Shown here one piece after another: positions 50,549 to 59,943 of a DNA stretch of 64,000 nt. The first letter of the stretch is position 1; the number at the start of each line of letters is the position of its first letter. The stretch is from Patescibacteria group bacterium (GTDB taxonomy: Bacteria > Patescibacteriota > Minisyncoccia > Ryanbacterales > GWA2-47-10b). The notes beneath the pieces were generated by a model. The model was not told the origin of the DNA, searched no databases, and worked only from the letters and a program-made list of their open reading frames with translations. The position numbers and the translations under genes were made by a program. Location: assembly GCA_038065475.1 (NCBI GenBank), contig JBBTQY010000005.1, positions 2,793 to 66,792 of the forward strand, written 5' to 3'.

Positions 50549-53339
50549 CACAAGAAAAAATAGGGCAGAAAACAGGGGTCACGTAGCAATTTTTACGGTT
50601 ATTCTTTTTCTTGCTGTTTCTCTGGTCATGATGGGCACCTTTAGCACGTTGGCGTTTTCTCAGTTGCGAGCGGCGCGAGAGATGATCAAAGGAAAGGCTT
50701 CATTTGCTACAGCCGAGTCGGGAGCCGAAGATCTTTCATATCGAGCACTCAAGGCTTTAAGTTTGCCGGTCAATGGGTCAGGTAAAAAACAGGCGATCGT
50801 GAGGCTCAATGGGGGAAGCGCTACTGCGGTCATGGATATTGATGGTTCGGCGAGTTCCAATTATCCGAAAAACTTTGAACTGTCTTCTTCTGGCAACGTT
50901 TCAAGTCGCTTTAGAAATATAAAATTACGATTTGAGATTCCCGACCCCAATCTTTCAGTAACCATTCGAGGTGCTATTGAGGCGGGTTACTTAGGTCTGG
51001 TGCTCGGAGGTGACGCGCAAATTCATGGTACCGGCGGATATGGCAAAGGTGATGTATTTTCAAATGGCAATATTGTGAGCTTGGGTGGTCGCCCTGTGAT
51101 CAACGGTACCGCCACAGTCGCGGAAGGTATCGGAGCCATTCCCCAACAGATTCATAATAATACTCTCGCTACCGCACCTACGTGTGCGGGATGTAAATTT
51201 CAAATTAGAGGTAATGATTTAGCCCAGGCGTTTCTTTCCAATACTACCGCTGAGATTTTGAAAATAAGGCTTTTTATGCAAAGAGTACAAACCCCAGCAG
51301 CTGGTATCGAAATAAAAATTCGTAGAAATATGCGGGTCAGAAAATCTGATGGCGCGACGTGTATACGTAAGGAGAATGCTAGCGGGGTGATGGTTGATTA
51401 TGTTGGAGGCGCTGAGCAGGTAGCTGGAGTATGCCAAGACTTTCCTGCGACGACAGGCAATGATGTCGCAAGTGCAAATTTCGCCGCAGGTGTTATGAAT
51501 GGTGCTACAAAATTACCTAATCCAAATGAATGGCGATGGGTTAATTTTGACATTACCTCCCCGGGTGCTCAGGACAATATGACGATGGATGAAAAGTTTT
51601 GGATCGTTATAGATGGGCAGTGTTTAGGATGTACCACGGCATACTATGAGATCGGCGGAGTTGACGGGGGTTACGGGTATGGAGGCGCAGACAAAGATGG
51701 TTTGGTGAATGTTGATTACGACACAGATCAAGGTGATGCCCCAGTGCTTTATTCGATGACTGCTTGGTCTCTTTTCCCCGCTCCCTATCCTACAGCTGTT
51801 ACTCCAGCTGCTGTAGACCTTGCGTTTGAGGTGTATATGGGGAATGTTGATACGGAGATTAATGCTGGGAATATTACTGACAATAATCTGCCTCTGCAGC
51901 GAGGAGTGGCAAATACGGGAGGTAACTCTTTGCAAATTGTTGGGAATGCGTTTGCTGAGAAATTACGAGCTGTGGCTGTTGGCGGATATGCGTGGTATAA
52001 ATTTCTCGATCCCGCTCAACCCACAGGTGAGGTAAAAGCCGGGGGTGATTATAATCTTGTGAGTGGGATAATCACGCCTCATGTGTCGCCTCCAAATCCC
52101 TATCCTAGAAGTACGTGGGTTGATGCGCTGGTTTTAGGGAAGGCCTATCATGATTTGGATGCTAACCAATATGTTTGTCATGATGAGTTTAACCATATAA
52201 ATGCGCAACCCTTGAGTAATCCGCCGGGTATCGGCGTATCTAATCAGGCGTATAAAAAACCGTGGGCGTCTACAGCGGGTGCTTGTAATCAGCCTCGCTA
52301 TACAACAGATGCACGCTGGTACTGTTGGGATTTTTATTGCTCGTGCAATTGGGCGGGTTCAAATACTGTCGCCGATGGACCAAGCGACACAGATGGCATC
52401 GATGATCCTTTTTGTCAGTATATTCCAACGTCACCTATAGATGATCCAGACGACAAAATCCCAGCCCCCACCGAACCTTTTGGTATCAAAGGCAAGAGAC
52501 TTCATGTCGACGAATTAAATAAATGGCGCGCTATGGCAAAGAGTATGGGAGTAGTTAATGTTGCAGCGGAGGCTCCGGGTGGGGGCACGCTTACTCTCAA
52601 TACACCAGCCGGCGTGCCTACCCTTACCGAAATACCGGGCACCACTCCTCTTACTATGACCCCCAATAATTGGCCCATTAAGGGCGCATATCTCGATGGT
52701 AATTTGACATTGGGAACTTCTGCTGAAATTCGGCTTACAGGATATTTAGACGATGCGACAAGAGTTAAATTGGGCTTGGGTCCACAATATACAGGCAAAT
52801 GCCCCTATATGTATGATACGTACCCTGTGGGCGACTCTCGGCGTGATAAACCATGCTATGTGCTATGGATTACGGGAGATCTTATCTTAAATGGAGAAGC
52901 AAACAGAATCACCGTAAAGCTCCCTTCAGGTAATAGCCCACAAATATCACCCTGGGCATTAGGGCAGGATTTTAATTCAAGTGTCGCGATTGTTGTAGAG
53001 GGAAAGGTAGTTATTAGTGGAGATACCACCATTATGGAGCCGCCTCCATCTATCGATAACGATAACGCTTTTTACATCGTATCTCTTAGTCCGAAAACTG
53101 GAGATACCGATCCCGCTATTTCTCTGAGCGGAGACCCAGAAGGATCTACGTTCTTTGCATATCGTGGTGGCATTAAACTTCTCGAAACCGTAAAGGTAAA
53201 GGCGCTCGCAGGGCAGGAGATACGCGCTACCGGTAACGTAAAGATATTCTTTGATGAAGGATTGCGTCAGCCAAACGAGGTAAATGGGACTAAATCTATC
53301 AGTGGGGCAAATATTACCCAGTATTACGAGAAGCAGTAG
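50538..53339 (+). CDS. Giant PilX-like minor pilin/adhesin (module 2)
   Basis: RG|HVAIF, SFATAESGAEDL PilX motif, Cys-rich insert, C-terminal beta-helix-like region (FFAYRGGI). Confidence 0.8.
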   Translation: MLNNTRKNRAENRGHVAIFTVILFLAVSLVMMGTFSTLAFSQLRAAREMIKGKASFATAESGAEDLSYRALKALSLPVNGSGKKQAIVRLNGGSATAVMDIDGSASSNYPKNFELSSSGNVSSRFRNIKLRFEIPDPNLSVTIRGAIEAGYLGLVLGGDAQIHGTGGYGKGDVFSNGNIVSLGGRPVINGTATVAEGIGAIPQQIHNNTLATAPTCAGCKFQIRGNDLAQAFLSNTTAEILKIRLFMQRVQTPAAGIEIKIRRNMRVRKSDGATCIRKENASGVMVDYVGGAEQVAGVCQDFPATTGNDVASANFAAGVMNGATKLPNPNEWRWVNFDITSPGAQDNMTMDEKFWIVIDGQCLGCTTAYYEIGGVDGGYGYGGADKDGLVNVDYDTDQGDAPVLYSMTAWSLFPAPYPTAVTPAAVDLAFEVYMGNVDTEINAGNITDNNLPLQRGVANTGGNSLQIVGNAFAEKLRAVAVGGYAWYKFLDPAQPTGEVKAGGDYNLVSGIITPHVSPPNPYPRSTWVDALVLGKAYHDLDANQYVCHDEFNHINAQPLSNPPGIGVSNQAYKKPWASTAGACNQPRYTTDARWYCWDFYCSCNWAGSNTVADGPSDTDGIDDPFCQYIPTSPIDDPDDKIPAPTEPFGIKGKRLHVDELNKWRAMAKSMGVVNVAAEAPGGGTLTLNTPAGVPTLTEIPGTTPLTMTPNNWPIKGAYLDGNLTLGTSAEIRLTGYLDDATRVKLGLGPQYTGKCPYMYDTYPVGDSRRDKPCYVLWITGDLILNGEANRITVKLPSGNSPQISPWALGQDFNSSVAIVVEGKVVISGDTTIMEPPPSIDNDNAFYIVSLSPKTGDTDPAISLSGDPEGSTFFAYRGGIKLLETVKVKALAGQEIRATGNVKIFFDEGLRQPNEVNGTKSISGANITQYYEKQ

Positions 53340-53388
53340 ATCTTTTTATACTACGAAGGGTGGCAAGACTGGTGTATACTAAAAAGCA

Positions 53389-54453
53389 ATGAAGCCGTTT
53401 TCATTTCCGGCAATTGGTGTCGATATATCTGACGAATCATTTAAATATATGCGATTTGCGGATATAGAGAAGCGTCGTGCTATCGGATTTTTTGGCGATC
53501 ATGATTTGCCAAGCGGATTGATTGTGGAAGGTGAGATCAAGGATGTACCCGGAGTCGCTAAAATCTTAAAAGATACCCTTCGCCCATTTCATCGCCATAC
53601 GCCTTACCTTATTTGCTCGCTGCCCGAAGAAAAGGGATTTTTGCGTCTTGTACGCATGCAGAAGCTGCCTGCCTCCGAGGTGCGCCAAGCACTCGAGTTT
53701 CAACTCGAAGAGCATGTGCCCTATCCACCCGGCGATTTGTATTTTGACTATCAGGTTTTACCGCAGGGTGCCGTACCCAAAAATGATATGCAGGTGGTGG
53801 TGACGGCATACCCAAAGGCTCTTATCGAGTCATATATTCAAGTGGTCGAACAGGCGGGTTTTATCCCTGTTGTCTTTGAGCTGGAATCGCAGGCGGTTGC
53901 ACGCGCCGTCTCGCCTCGCGGGAGTGCCGAGGCGATTTTGGTGGGTGATATTGGTCGCACGCGTACTACTTTTTCTATCGTGTATCACGGCAATGTACTT
54001 TTTACCTCAACTGTAAAAATGGGCGGCCGCGATCTTGATGCGACACTTCGCGATTCTCTCCATATCACTGAAGAGCAAGCGCGTGAGATCAAGATTGGCC
54101 GCGGTATCGATTTTTCATCAGAAGAAATTATAAAATCAATGTCACCCGCGCTTGCCGTACTCAAGACAGAGGCAGAGCGGCAGATTCATTTTTGGGAGAG
54201 GCGCCGCGAAGAGGGGGAGCCTGCAATCACCACGGCATATCTTTGCGGGGGAGATGCGCATCTCAAAGGGTTACCTGAGTTTCTCGCTCGCGATCTTGGT
54301 GTGACGGTTGAACGTGCCAAAATTTGGGAAAATCTATTTGATCTTACTCACTATGTGCCTCCGATGCGTGCGCACACCACGATGCGTTATGCGACCGCTT
54401 TCGGTCTTGCGATGCGGGGTGATGATGATTTGTTTTCCGACATACATATATAG
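53389..54453 (+). CDS. pilM: Type IV pilus assembly protein PilM
   Basis: IGVDISDESFK, DIGRTRT, YLCGGDAHLKGL, ATAFGLAMR. Confidence 0.92.
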   Translation: MKPFSFPAIGVDISDESFKYMRFADIEKRRAIGFFGDHDLPSGLIVEGEIKDVPGVAKILKDTLRPFHRHTPYLICSLPEEKGFLRLVRMQKLPASEVRQALEFQLEEHVPYPPGDLYFDYQVLPQGAVPKNDMQVVVTAYPKALIESYIQVVEQAGFIPVVFELESQAVARAVSPRGSAEAILVGDIGRTRTTFSIVYHGNVLFTSTVKMGGRDLDATLRDSLHITEEQAREIKIGRGIDFSSEEIIKSMSPALAVLKTEAERQIHFWERRREEGEPAITTAYLCGGDAHLKGLPEFLARDLGVTVERAKIWENLFDLTHYVPPMRAHTTMRYATAFGLAMRGDDDLFSDIHI

Positions 54454-54455
54454 AT

Positions 54456-55007
54456 ATGAATTTACTCCCTCCCCATTACAAAGCAGGTTTGCGCCTCGAG
54501 GCATGGAGACGGTTTTTGGTATTTTTCGGCATATATCTATCTGTTATTGGTGTTGCTGCGGTCATGCTGCTTTTGCCTTCATATTTTTTCTTGCAGTTCC
54601 AAATCGATGAGCTCAAGGCACTTGAGGAAACTACCAAAGCTTCTCCCGATTACAAGAGTATGGAAGAGGGCAAAAAGACAGTTAGTCGCGTCGGGCGGCT
54701 TCTTTCTACTACCAATCAGTTTTTTGTGAGCGATACCGAGGCGACCCCACTGATCGAAGATATTGTCTCCCGCATGCCTGCTTCAGTATCATTGTCAGAT
54801 TTTTCCTATTCGCGCGCCGAGGGTGCGCCTGCCACTCTCAAGTTGACTGGTATCGCGGGGCATCGTGATGATCTTACAAAATTTGCAGAAGATTTGCAGA
54901 AGAGCCCGTATATAAAAGAAAAAATATCTGTACCCGAGTCTAGTTACTTGCGAGAGTTTGATACACCGTTTGCGCTTTCGATTACCATCAGCCCTGCAAA
55001 ACAATGA
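54456..55007 (+). CDS. pilN: PilN-like protein
   Basis: MNLLP motif, TM segment, LTGIA..RDDL..F. Confidence 0.85.
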   Translation: MNLLPPHYKAGLRLEAWRRFLVFFGIYLSVIGVAAVMLLLPSYFFLQFQIDELKALEETTKASPDYKSMEEGKKTVSRVGRLLSTTNQFFVSDTEATPLIEDIVSRMPASVSLSDFSYSRAEGAPATLKLTGIAGHRDDLTKFAEDLQKSPYIKEKISVPESSYLREFDTPFALSITISPAKQ

Positions 55008-55528
55008 GCGATTTCCGAAAAAACTTTTTTATAACATTAGGAGTAGTCATCTTAGCCGCGTGTGTTTTCTTGGGTGTATTTTTGTATTTATTTTTGGGCA
55101 TTATATCACCGCTTTCCGGCGAGTTTCGTTTGGTGCAAGAAAATATTAAGATTGCAGAAGAGCGCATTGCCGATTTTAAAGGTCGCGTAGCGCCCGCATT
55201 GCTGCGCGAAGAGGCAGATATGGTAAAGATCGAAAAATCATTTTTTGTCTATTCTCCCGATACTGCAAAAGAGTTTATTATTTTTCTTGAAAATGCCTCA
55301 GCCAGAAATAATTTAAAGGGCGATATAGGAAGTCTTCCGCAGGCGACCTCGCCCATTGTCACCATGAATCTTTCTGGTAGTTTTCGCGACATTATTACGT
55401 TTTTGCGAGAGATTGAAAATGGGCCGCTTTTGCTGGCGATCAATAGTGTTTCTCTTCGTGGCGCGGGAGAGTCGATTGCGCTTTCTATCCAGATGCGCCT
55501 ACCCGTTCCTCCGCAGGGTTCGCAATAA
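55004..55528 (+). CDS. pilO: PilO-like protein
   Basis: N-terminal TM, coiled coil, GSFRDIITFLREIEN. Confidence 0.8.
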   Translation: MSDFRKNFFITLGVVILAACVFLGVFLYLFLGIISPLSGEFRLVQENIKIAEERIADFKGRVAPALLREEADMVKIEKSFFVYSPDTAKEFIIFLENASARNNLKGDIGSLPQATSPIVTMNLSGSFRDIITFLREIENGPLLLAINSVSLRGAGESIALSIQMRLPVPPQGSQ

Positions 55529-55536
55529 TATTTTAT

Positions 55537-55878
55537 ATGGCAATAAATTTAAACATAGATTTCAACTCGCTTTTTAAAAAAAGAAAGGCAACCGCCCATT
55601 CTTCCGATGCTCTCATACCGGCGACAAAAAAAGTATGGCGTTTTTCTATTATGTTTCTTGCCATTTTTGCCATATTGATTGTGGCCTATGACGGCTATAT
55701 TTTTTGGGAGTATGTCTATAACCAGCAAGATGTTGATATCGGTGGTCAGGGTACGGTAGAGGGTATCAACCGCGCGCTTTTTGACAACGTATCAAAATCA
55801 ATTGATGAGCGCGCATCGAAGTTTAGAGAAGCAAGGGGAGCAGAGGTATTTAAAAACCCTTTTCATACGAGCAAGTAG
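55537..55878 (+). CDS. Putative pilus alignment protein (PilP position)
   Basis: TM segment and terminal KNPF motif; follows pilO. Confidence 0.6.
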   Translation: MAINLNIDFNSLFKKRKATAHSSDALIPATKKVWRFSIMFLAIFAILIVAYDGYIFWEYVYNQQDVDIGGQGTVEGINRALFDNVSKSIDERASKFREARGAEVFKNPFHTSK

Positions 55879-55894
55879 TTTTAACCTTTAGCTG

Positions 55895-55966
55895 TGCCCC
55901 GGGAGGGAATCGAACCCCCATCAACGGCTTAGAAGTCCGCTGCACTATCCATTGTGCTACCAGGGC
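55895..55966 (-). tRNA. tRNA-Arg(TCT)
   Basis: Acceptor GCCCTGG/CCGGGGC, loop CTTCTAA, GGTTCGATTCC. Confidence 0.92.
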
Positions 55967-56049
55967 TTAAAATGCTGGGAGCATTTTAAGCAGTTGGTGA
56001 CCGTGCGACAGCACGGCATATAACCACCAACTGTACCTTATCATATATC

Positions 56050-56580
56050 CTAGAGTGCTCTCAATTTTTTGTATACCTTGTATACAGTACGCGCACCATT
56101 AATGGCGCGGTGGGGCATCGGTTCTTTTTCAATGCCTAGTCGTTTGCAGAGACCCGTGAGTTTGAGGGTAAGGTCTGCTTCATGTCGCAATTTTTCGTAG
56201 GCAATGCCCACTACGTCGAGCGTATGGTAGTCCAAAGGATTTTTGATGCCGAGGCGGCGGTAGGTTTCCATAAGAAAGCTCCAGTCAGATGGTGTATTCC
56301 AAGCGGCAAACATAGCGCCTTGCGTGAGTGCTGAGTATTCGGCGAGCGCTTCTTGTATTGATATGGCGTCTTTCCAGAGCTCATCGCGATATCCCAAAAA
56401 TACAAGCGATTCACCATCAGCGTTCTCAGGGCGCTCCATGCGCACCTTTTTATCCATCTCCGCAATTACTTCAAGAGTTTCGGCATCAGCAACCACCGCA
56501 CCAAATTCAACAATGTCGTGACGCAAAGGGTCGAGGCCTGACATTTCAAAATCAGTAAATGCTATTTTAGAAAAACTCAT
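56050..56580 (-). CDS. DEDDh 3'-5' exonuclease
   Basis: DFEMSGL, AWNTPSDWSF, TLD, HRAINGA (final Asp appears substituted). Confidence 0.85.
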   Translation of the reverse strand: MSFSKIAFTDFEMSGLDPLRHDIVEFGAVVADAETLEVIAEMDKKVRMERPENADGESLVFLGYRDELWKDAISIQEALAEYSALTQGAMFAAWNTPSDWSFLMETYRRLGIKNPLDYHTLDVVGIAYEKLRHEADLTLKLTGLCKRLGIEKEPMPHRAINGARTVYKVYKKLRAL

Positions 56581-57188
56581 ATGCCAATGATAAGCTTGAT
56601 GATAAATTCACTCACCGTGCTGACAATGCCTGAGAAAAAGAAAATAAAGATAAGGAGCAATACAAAGCCGTATTGTTCGAGGAGCGCTTCATATCGATGC
56701 CAGTAATAGGGGAAGAAGCTAAAGAGTACTTTGGAGCCGTCGAGCGGAGGGATGGGTACCATGTTAAATACCGCGAGTACCACGTTGACGACAGTAATCA
56801 TGCCGCAAATCTGTAAAAATGCGATTGGTAGCGCGCCATCACCAAAGCGCAAGATAAGGCCAAATACGAGCGCGAGCAAAATATTTGAGAGGGGACCCGC
56901 CGCACCCACAATCGCTGAGCCCCACTGTTGGTTGCGCAGGTTGTAGGGGTTATATGGTACGGGCCGAGCCCAGCCGATTAAAAACGGACTGCCCGTTGCT
57001 ACCAAAAGGAGTGGCAGGGCAATCGAGCCGATGGGATCGAGGTGCGGTATGGGGTTGAGGGTGAGGCGCCCTGCATATTGCGCGGTCTTGTCACCCTGCG
57101 CATAGGCGGCCACGCCATGAGAAACCTCGTGGATGACGACCGACATCACAAGAATGGCTACCTGAAAGAGAATATCTATTGCGTCCAT
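56577..57188 (-). CDS. Site-2 protease (M50) family protein
   Basis: HEVSH, GRLTLNP, AAGPLSN, NMVPIPPLDG. Confidence 0.93.
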   Translation of the reverse strand: MDAIDILFQVAILVMSVVIHEVSHGVAAYAQGDKTAQYAGRLTLNPIPHLDPIGSIALPLLLVATGSPFLIGWARPVPYNPYNLRNQQWGSAIVGAAGPLSNILLALVFGLILRFGDGALPIAFLQICGMITVVNVVLAVFNMVPIPPLDGSKVLFSFFPYYWHRYEALLEQYGFVLLLIFIFFFSGIVSTVSEFIIKLIIGI

Positions 57189-57228
57189 AAGGAGAATATG
57201 ATATACATAATATGTTTTCTAGTGACTT

Positions 57229-57417
57229 ATGGCAACTAAAACTTGTACAATTTGCGGCAAAGGATCGATGATGGGCGGCAAGCGCAAGCTTCTTCGCGGT
57301 CACTACAATCCTGTAAAATGGGAGCGCAAGCACCCAAATCTCCAATGGCTCCGCGTGGGTAAGACTCCGCGTGTTTTGGCGTGCACGACGTGCATCCGTA
57401 AACGCAAAACTGCGTAA
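57229..57417 (+). CDS. rpmB: 50S ribosomal protein L28 (Zn-binding form)
   Basis: CTICGK...PNLQW...CTTCIR. Confidence 0.88.
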   Translation: MATKTCTICGKGSMMGGKRKLLRGHYNPVKWERKHPNLQWLRVGKTPRVLACTTCIRKRKTA

Positions 57418-57446
57418 TAAAAGCGAATTATGCTCCCAGCATAATT

Positions 57447-57520
57447 CGGAGTATGGGGTAGTGGTAGCCCGCGTCCATGGGGTGGATGCAGCCTCAGTTC
57501 GATTCTGAGTACTCCGACCA
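57447..57520 (+). tRNA. tRNA-Pro(GGG)
   Basis: Acceptor CGGAGTA/TACTCCG, loop ATGGGGT, GTTCGATTC, encoded CCA. Confidence 0.9.
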
Positions 57521-57889
57521 ATGAAAAAGAAACTTTGGTTTCGGGCAAAAGATTACGGATGGGGGTGGCAGCCGTGCTCATGGCAGGGCTGGCTCATTAT
57601 CGCCGCATATATTGCGGGTATGTTTTTTATCGCTTTGCGTATTGATACACGTTCACACTCGGCGAGTGATGCGCTCATAAGTTTTATACCACTATCAATC
57701 ATTCTGACAGCGATTGTTATCTGGATTTCTTCGGCATACGGTGAACGCCCCGAGTGGCGCTGGGCGGGTAAACACGTGCCCGCGCACGTAGTGCTTTTTA
57801 AGTCAGTGATTTTGGTAGCAATTTTTTCCATACTCATAGCAGGTATCATACTGGTGCTCAACGCACTTGGCCTAACTATTTCAAAATAA
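57521..57889 (+). CDS. Small membrane protein
   Basis: WFRAKDYGWGWQPCSWQGW motif, three TM segments, GERPEWRW. Confidence 0.75.
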   Translation: MKKKLWFRAKDYGWGWQPCSWQGWLIIAAYIAGMFFIALRIDTRSHSASDALISFIPLSIILTAIVIWISSAYGERPEWRWAGKHVPAHVVLFKSVILVAIFSILIAGIILVLNALGLTISK

Positions 57890-57981
57890 TTTTATACTGA
57901 TTGCATAAACATGTAGAGACAGGCATAGTATTTGCAGACTTTGTGTTGTTTGCTATGCGCCACCGGCGCAGTGGAGGCGAT

Positions 57982-58416
57982 ATGGCCGCAGAACCCTTCG
58001 AACTCAAGCCTGAAGACATCGGGTACTGGACGACAAAGGGGCACAGAAGTGTACGTGCCCTGGTCAAACTCTCGCGCGGCGGTCTCCCTGCCGAGGGAAA
58101 TGCCGAGGCCGATGATCTTGAGTCGGCTGTGATTGCCGCGATCATGAAGGCTCTCGGAAGATGGTACGACACGGTACCGTTTACGTACCAAGGCTATCAG
58201 CACGGGAGTCGAGACATCGGCGCTGGGAGATGGATCTTCGTACACGCATCAGATGGCAAGCGCATGATGAGCGGCCGTGCGGAACGCAAAGACCTCTTCA
58301 AGGCCGTAGGTCAGGCGTTCATTGCTGCTATCAACGGCCTCTGTGGCGTGGACAATCATGCCGCAGTTCCCACCGGTGATGGACGCGTGCGCCCGTTTCC
58401 TCCAGTCACAATGTGA
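57982..58416 (+). CDS. Stand-alone LeuA allosteric (dimerisation) domain-like protein
   Basis: GGAGG SD. G.AE..DLESAVIAAIMKAL...G...SGRA...DLFKAVGQAFIAAIN resembles the isopropylmalate synthase regulatory domain. Confidence 0.55.
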   Translation: MAAEPFELKPEDIGYWTTKGHRSVRALVKLSRGGLPAEGNAEADDLESAVIAAIMKALGRWYDTVPFTYQGYQHGSRDIGAGRWIFVHASDGKRMMSGRAERKDLFKAVGQAFIAAINGLCGVDNHAAVPTGDGRVRPFPPVTM

Positions 58417-58426
58417 TCACATCCAC

Positions 58427-58458
58427 CGCCTAGAGCAACCCTCTAGGCGATTTTTTTA
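58427..58458 (+). terminator. Intrinsic terminator
   Basis: CGCCTAGAG-CAACC-CTCTAGGCG-ATTTTTTT. Confidence 0.8.
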
Positions 58459-58495
58459 TGTAAATTTTATTGACTGGGTGTTATAATGATGAGGT

Positions 58496-59098
58496 ATGTA
58501 TAAGAGTCTCGCAATCTTGCTATTGTGTTTCATTGGTATCGTATTCGCAATGCCAGTTCATGCGCACTATTCACCTCAGAATCCATACGGAGGCTATTCG
58601 ATATTGCCCGCACCAGATTTTATGACGGAGACGAATCTAAGATTGGGGGCGCAGTCTTTGTATTTTGCCGGAATACCTTTGTTGGCTTTTGTCGTTTCCT
58701 TGTTTTACTTTTTTGCCGCACTGCGCGCTCAAGGATACAGGGCAGGTATTGGCGTACGCATTTCTATTTTAATTTGGCATATTGTTGCCGGTATAGCCGG
58801 CTTCGTCGCAGGTTTCATGGTGACAGCAGACATTGGCGGATCACTCACACCTCCATTTTTTGAAATATTCTTTTTTGATGTAGGTTTGCTTATCGTATTT
58901 TTCATACGGGCTATTATCAGTATTGTCATCCCGTGTTTCTTTGGTTTTGTTGCTCTTACAACAATAAAAAACCTTACATGGTCACAGCGCAAAAATATTC
59001 TCTCTACGTACTGTCTTGCATTTAGTCCGTTTTTCTTTCCTATCGGCTTCGTGATTGGTTTTATGCGTATTCGTTTTGCGCAGCGAACACGGCGTTAA
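58496..59098 (+). CDS. Hypothetical membrane protein
   Basis: Signal peptide plus ~4 TM segments; TTGACT/TATAAT upstream. Confidence 0.65.
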   Translation: MYKSLAILLLCFIGIVFAMPVHAHYSPQNPYGGYSILPAPDFMTETNLRLGAQSLYFAGIPLLAFVVSLFYFFAALRAQGYRAGIGVRISILIWHIVAGIAGFVAGFMVTADIGGSLTPPFFEIFFFDVGLLIVFFIRAIISIVIPCFFGFVALTTIKNLTWSQRKNILSTYCLAFSPFFFPIGFVIGFMRIRFAQRTRR

Positions 59099-59099
59099 A

Positions 59100-59504
59100 T
59101 TGATACAAGCAAAAATTCTCTCCATTTGCGACGGGTTGCTATTGATCTCGGGTAGCCTTTTCGCGGCACATGTTTTCGGCTTGAATCAATTTATATATTT
59201 TATATTTGATGATTACTTTTTTGGATATACAATAAAATATCTTTATTTATTGTACGTTGTAGATATTTTGATAATATTCTTAGTCATTTGGCTTATGAAG
59301 CGCGCTGAGAAGTTAGCAAATAAACTTTTAATGTTCTGGGCCGTTTTTAATATTGTTGAGGCACTCTTTGATATTTTCCACTTTTCGTATGACCCCCATT
59401 TTCTTTTTGAAGAGGTCTTTTTTCTAGGGCTCTATATATATCTTTTCAGACTTTCAGAGCGAAGCTGTGCGGTCAGCAGACGTGTTTCAGTCTCAATGCC
59501 CTAG
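59100..59504 (+). CDS. Hypothetical membrane protein
   Basis: About four TM segments, AT-rich; start uncertain (TTG 59100). Confidence 0.5.
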   Translation: MIQAKILSICDGLLLISGSLFAAHVFGLNQFIYFIFDDYFFGYTIKYLYLLYVVDILIIFLVIWLMKRAEKLANKLLMFWAVFNIVEALFDIFHFSYDPHFLFEEVFFLGLYIYLFRLSERSCAVSRRVSVSMP

Positions 59505-59552
59505 GTGATTTTTCTTTTTCGTTTATCAGTAATATGTTTTAATAAAAAATGT

Positions 59553-59900
59553 ATGGATCAAGCAATATTTTTAAGAAGGCAATTTATTTCAGTTTTTTTT
59601 CTGATATTTCCCGGAATTATACAATTGTTTTCCTATCCTTTTCGTGAATTTTTAGTCTCAGACCTTGTAGGTGTAAATATTCTTATTGCACTTGGGTTTC
59701 TTGGTTTTCTTTCCAGTCTTATCGCTCTCAAGCGTTTTATAACAGACTATAGAAGAGAATTAGGTTTTTCCCGCTCGATCTTTGCAATATTTATTGTGTT
59801 GGCTGTCGGCGGTGTGTATTGGACGGGATCTCAATTTCTTGCGTATTCAGGGCTTGTATTCTTCTTCGCTGCTTGGCTTTTCGGCTCATCAGGGTTTTAA
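59553..59900 (+). CDS. Hypothetical membrane protein
   Basis: Three to four TM segments. Confidence 0.6.
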   Translation: MDQAIFLRRQFISVFFLIFPGIIQLFSYPFREFLVSDLVGVNILIALGFLGFLSSLIALKRFITDYRRELGFSRSIFAIFIVLAVGGVYWTGSQFLAYSGLVFFFAAWLFGSSGF

Positions 59901-59943
59901 ATAAAAAATCCGCCTGGCTCATGTCGAGCAGGCGGGGTGGTGG

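Noticed and set aside
57195-57225. AT-rich sequence resembling dif
   Set aside because: Poor match to the XerD arm; better explained as overlapping divergent promoters.
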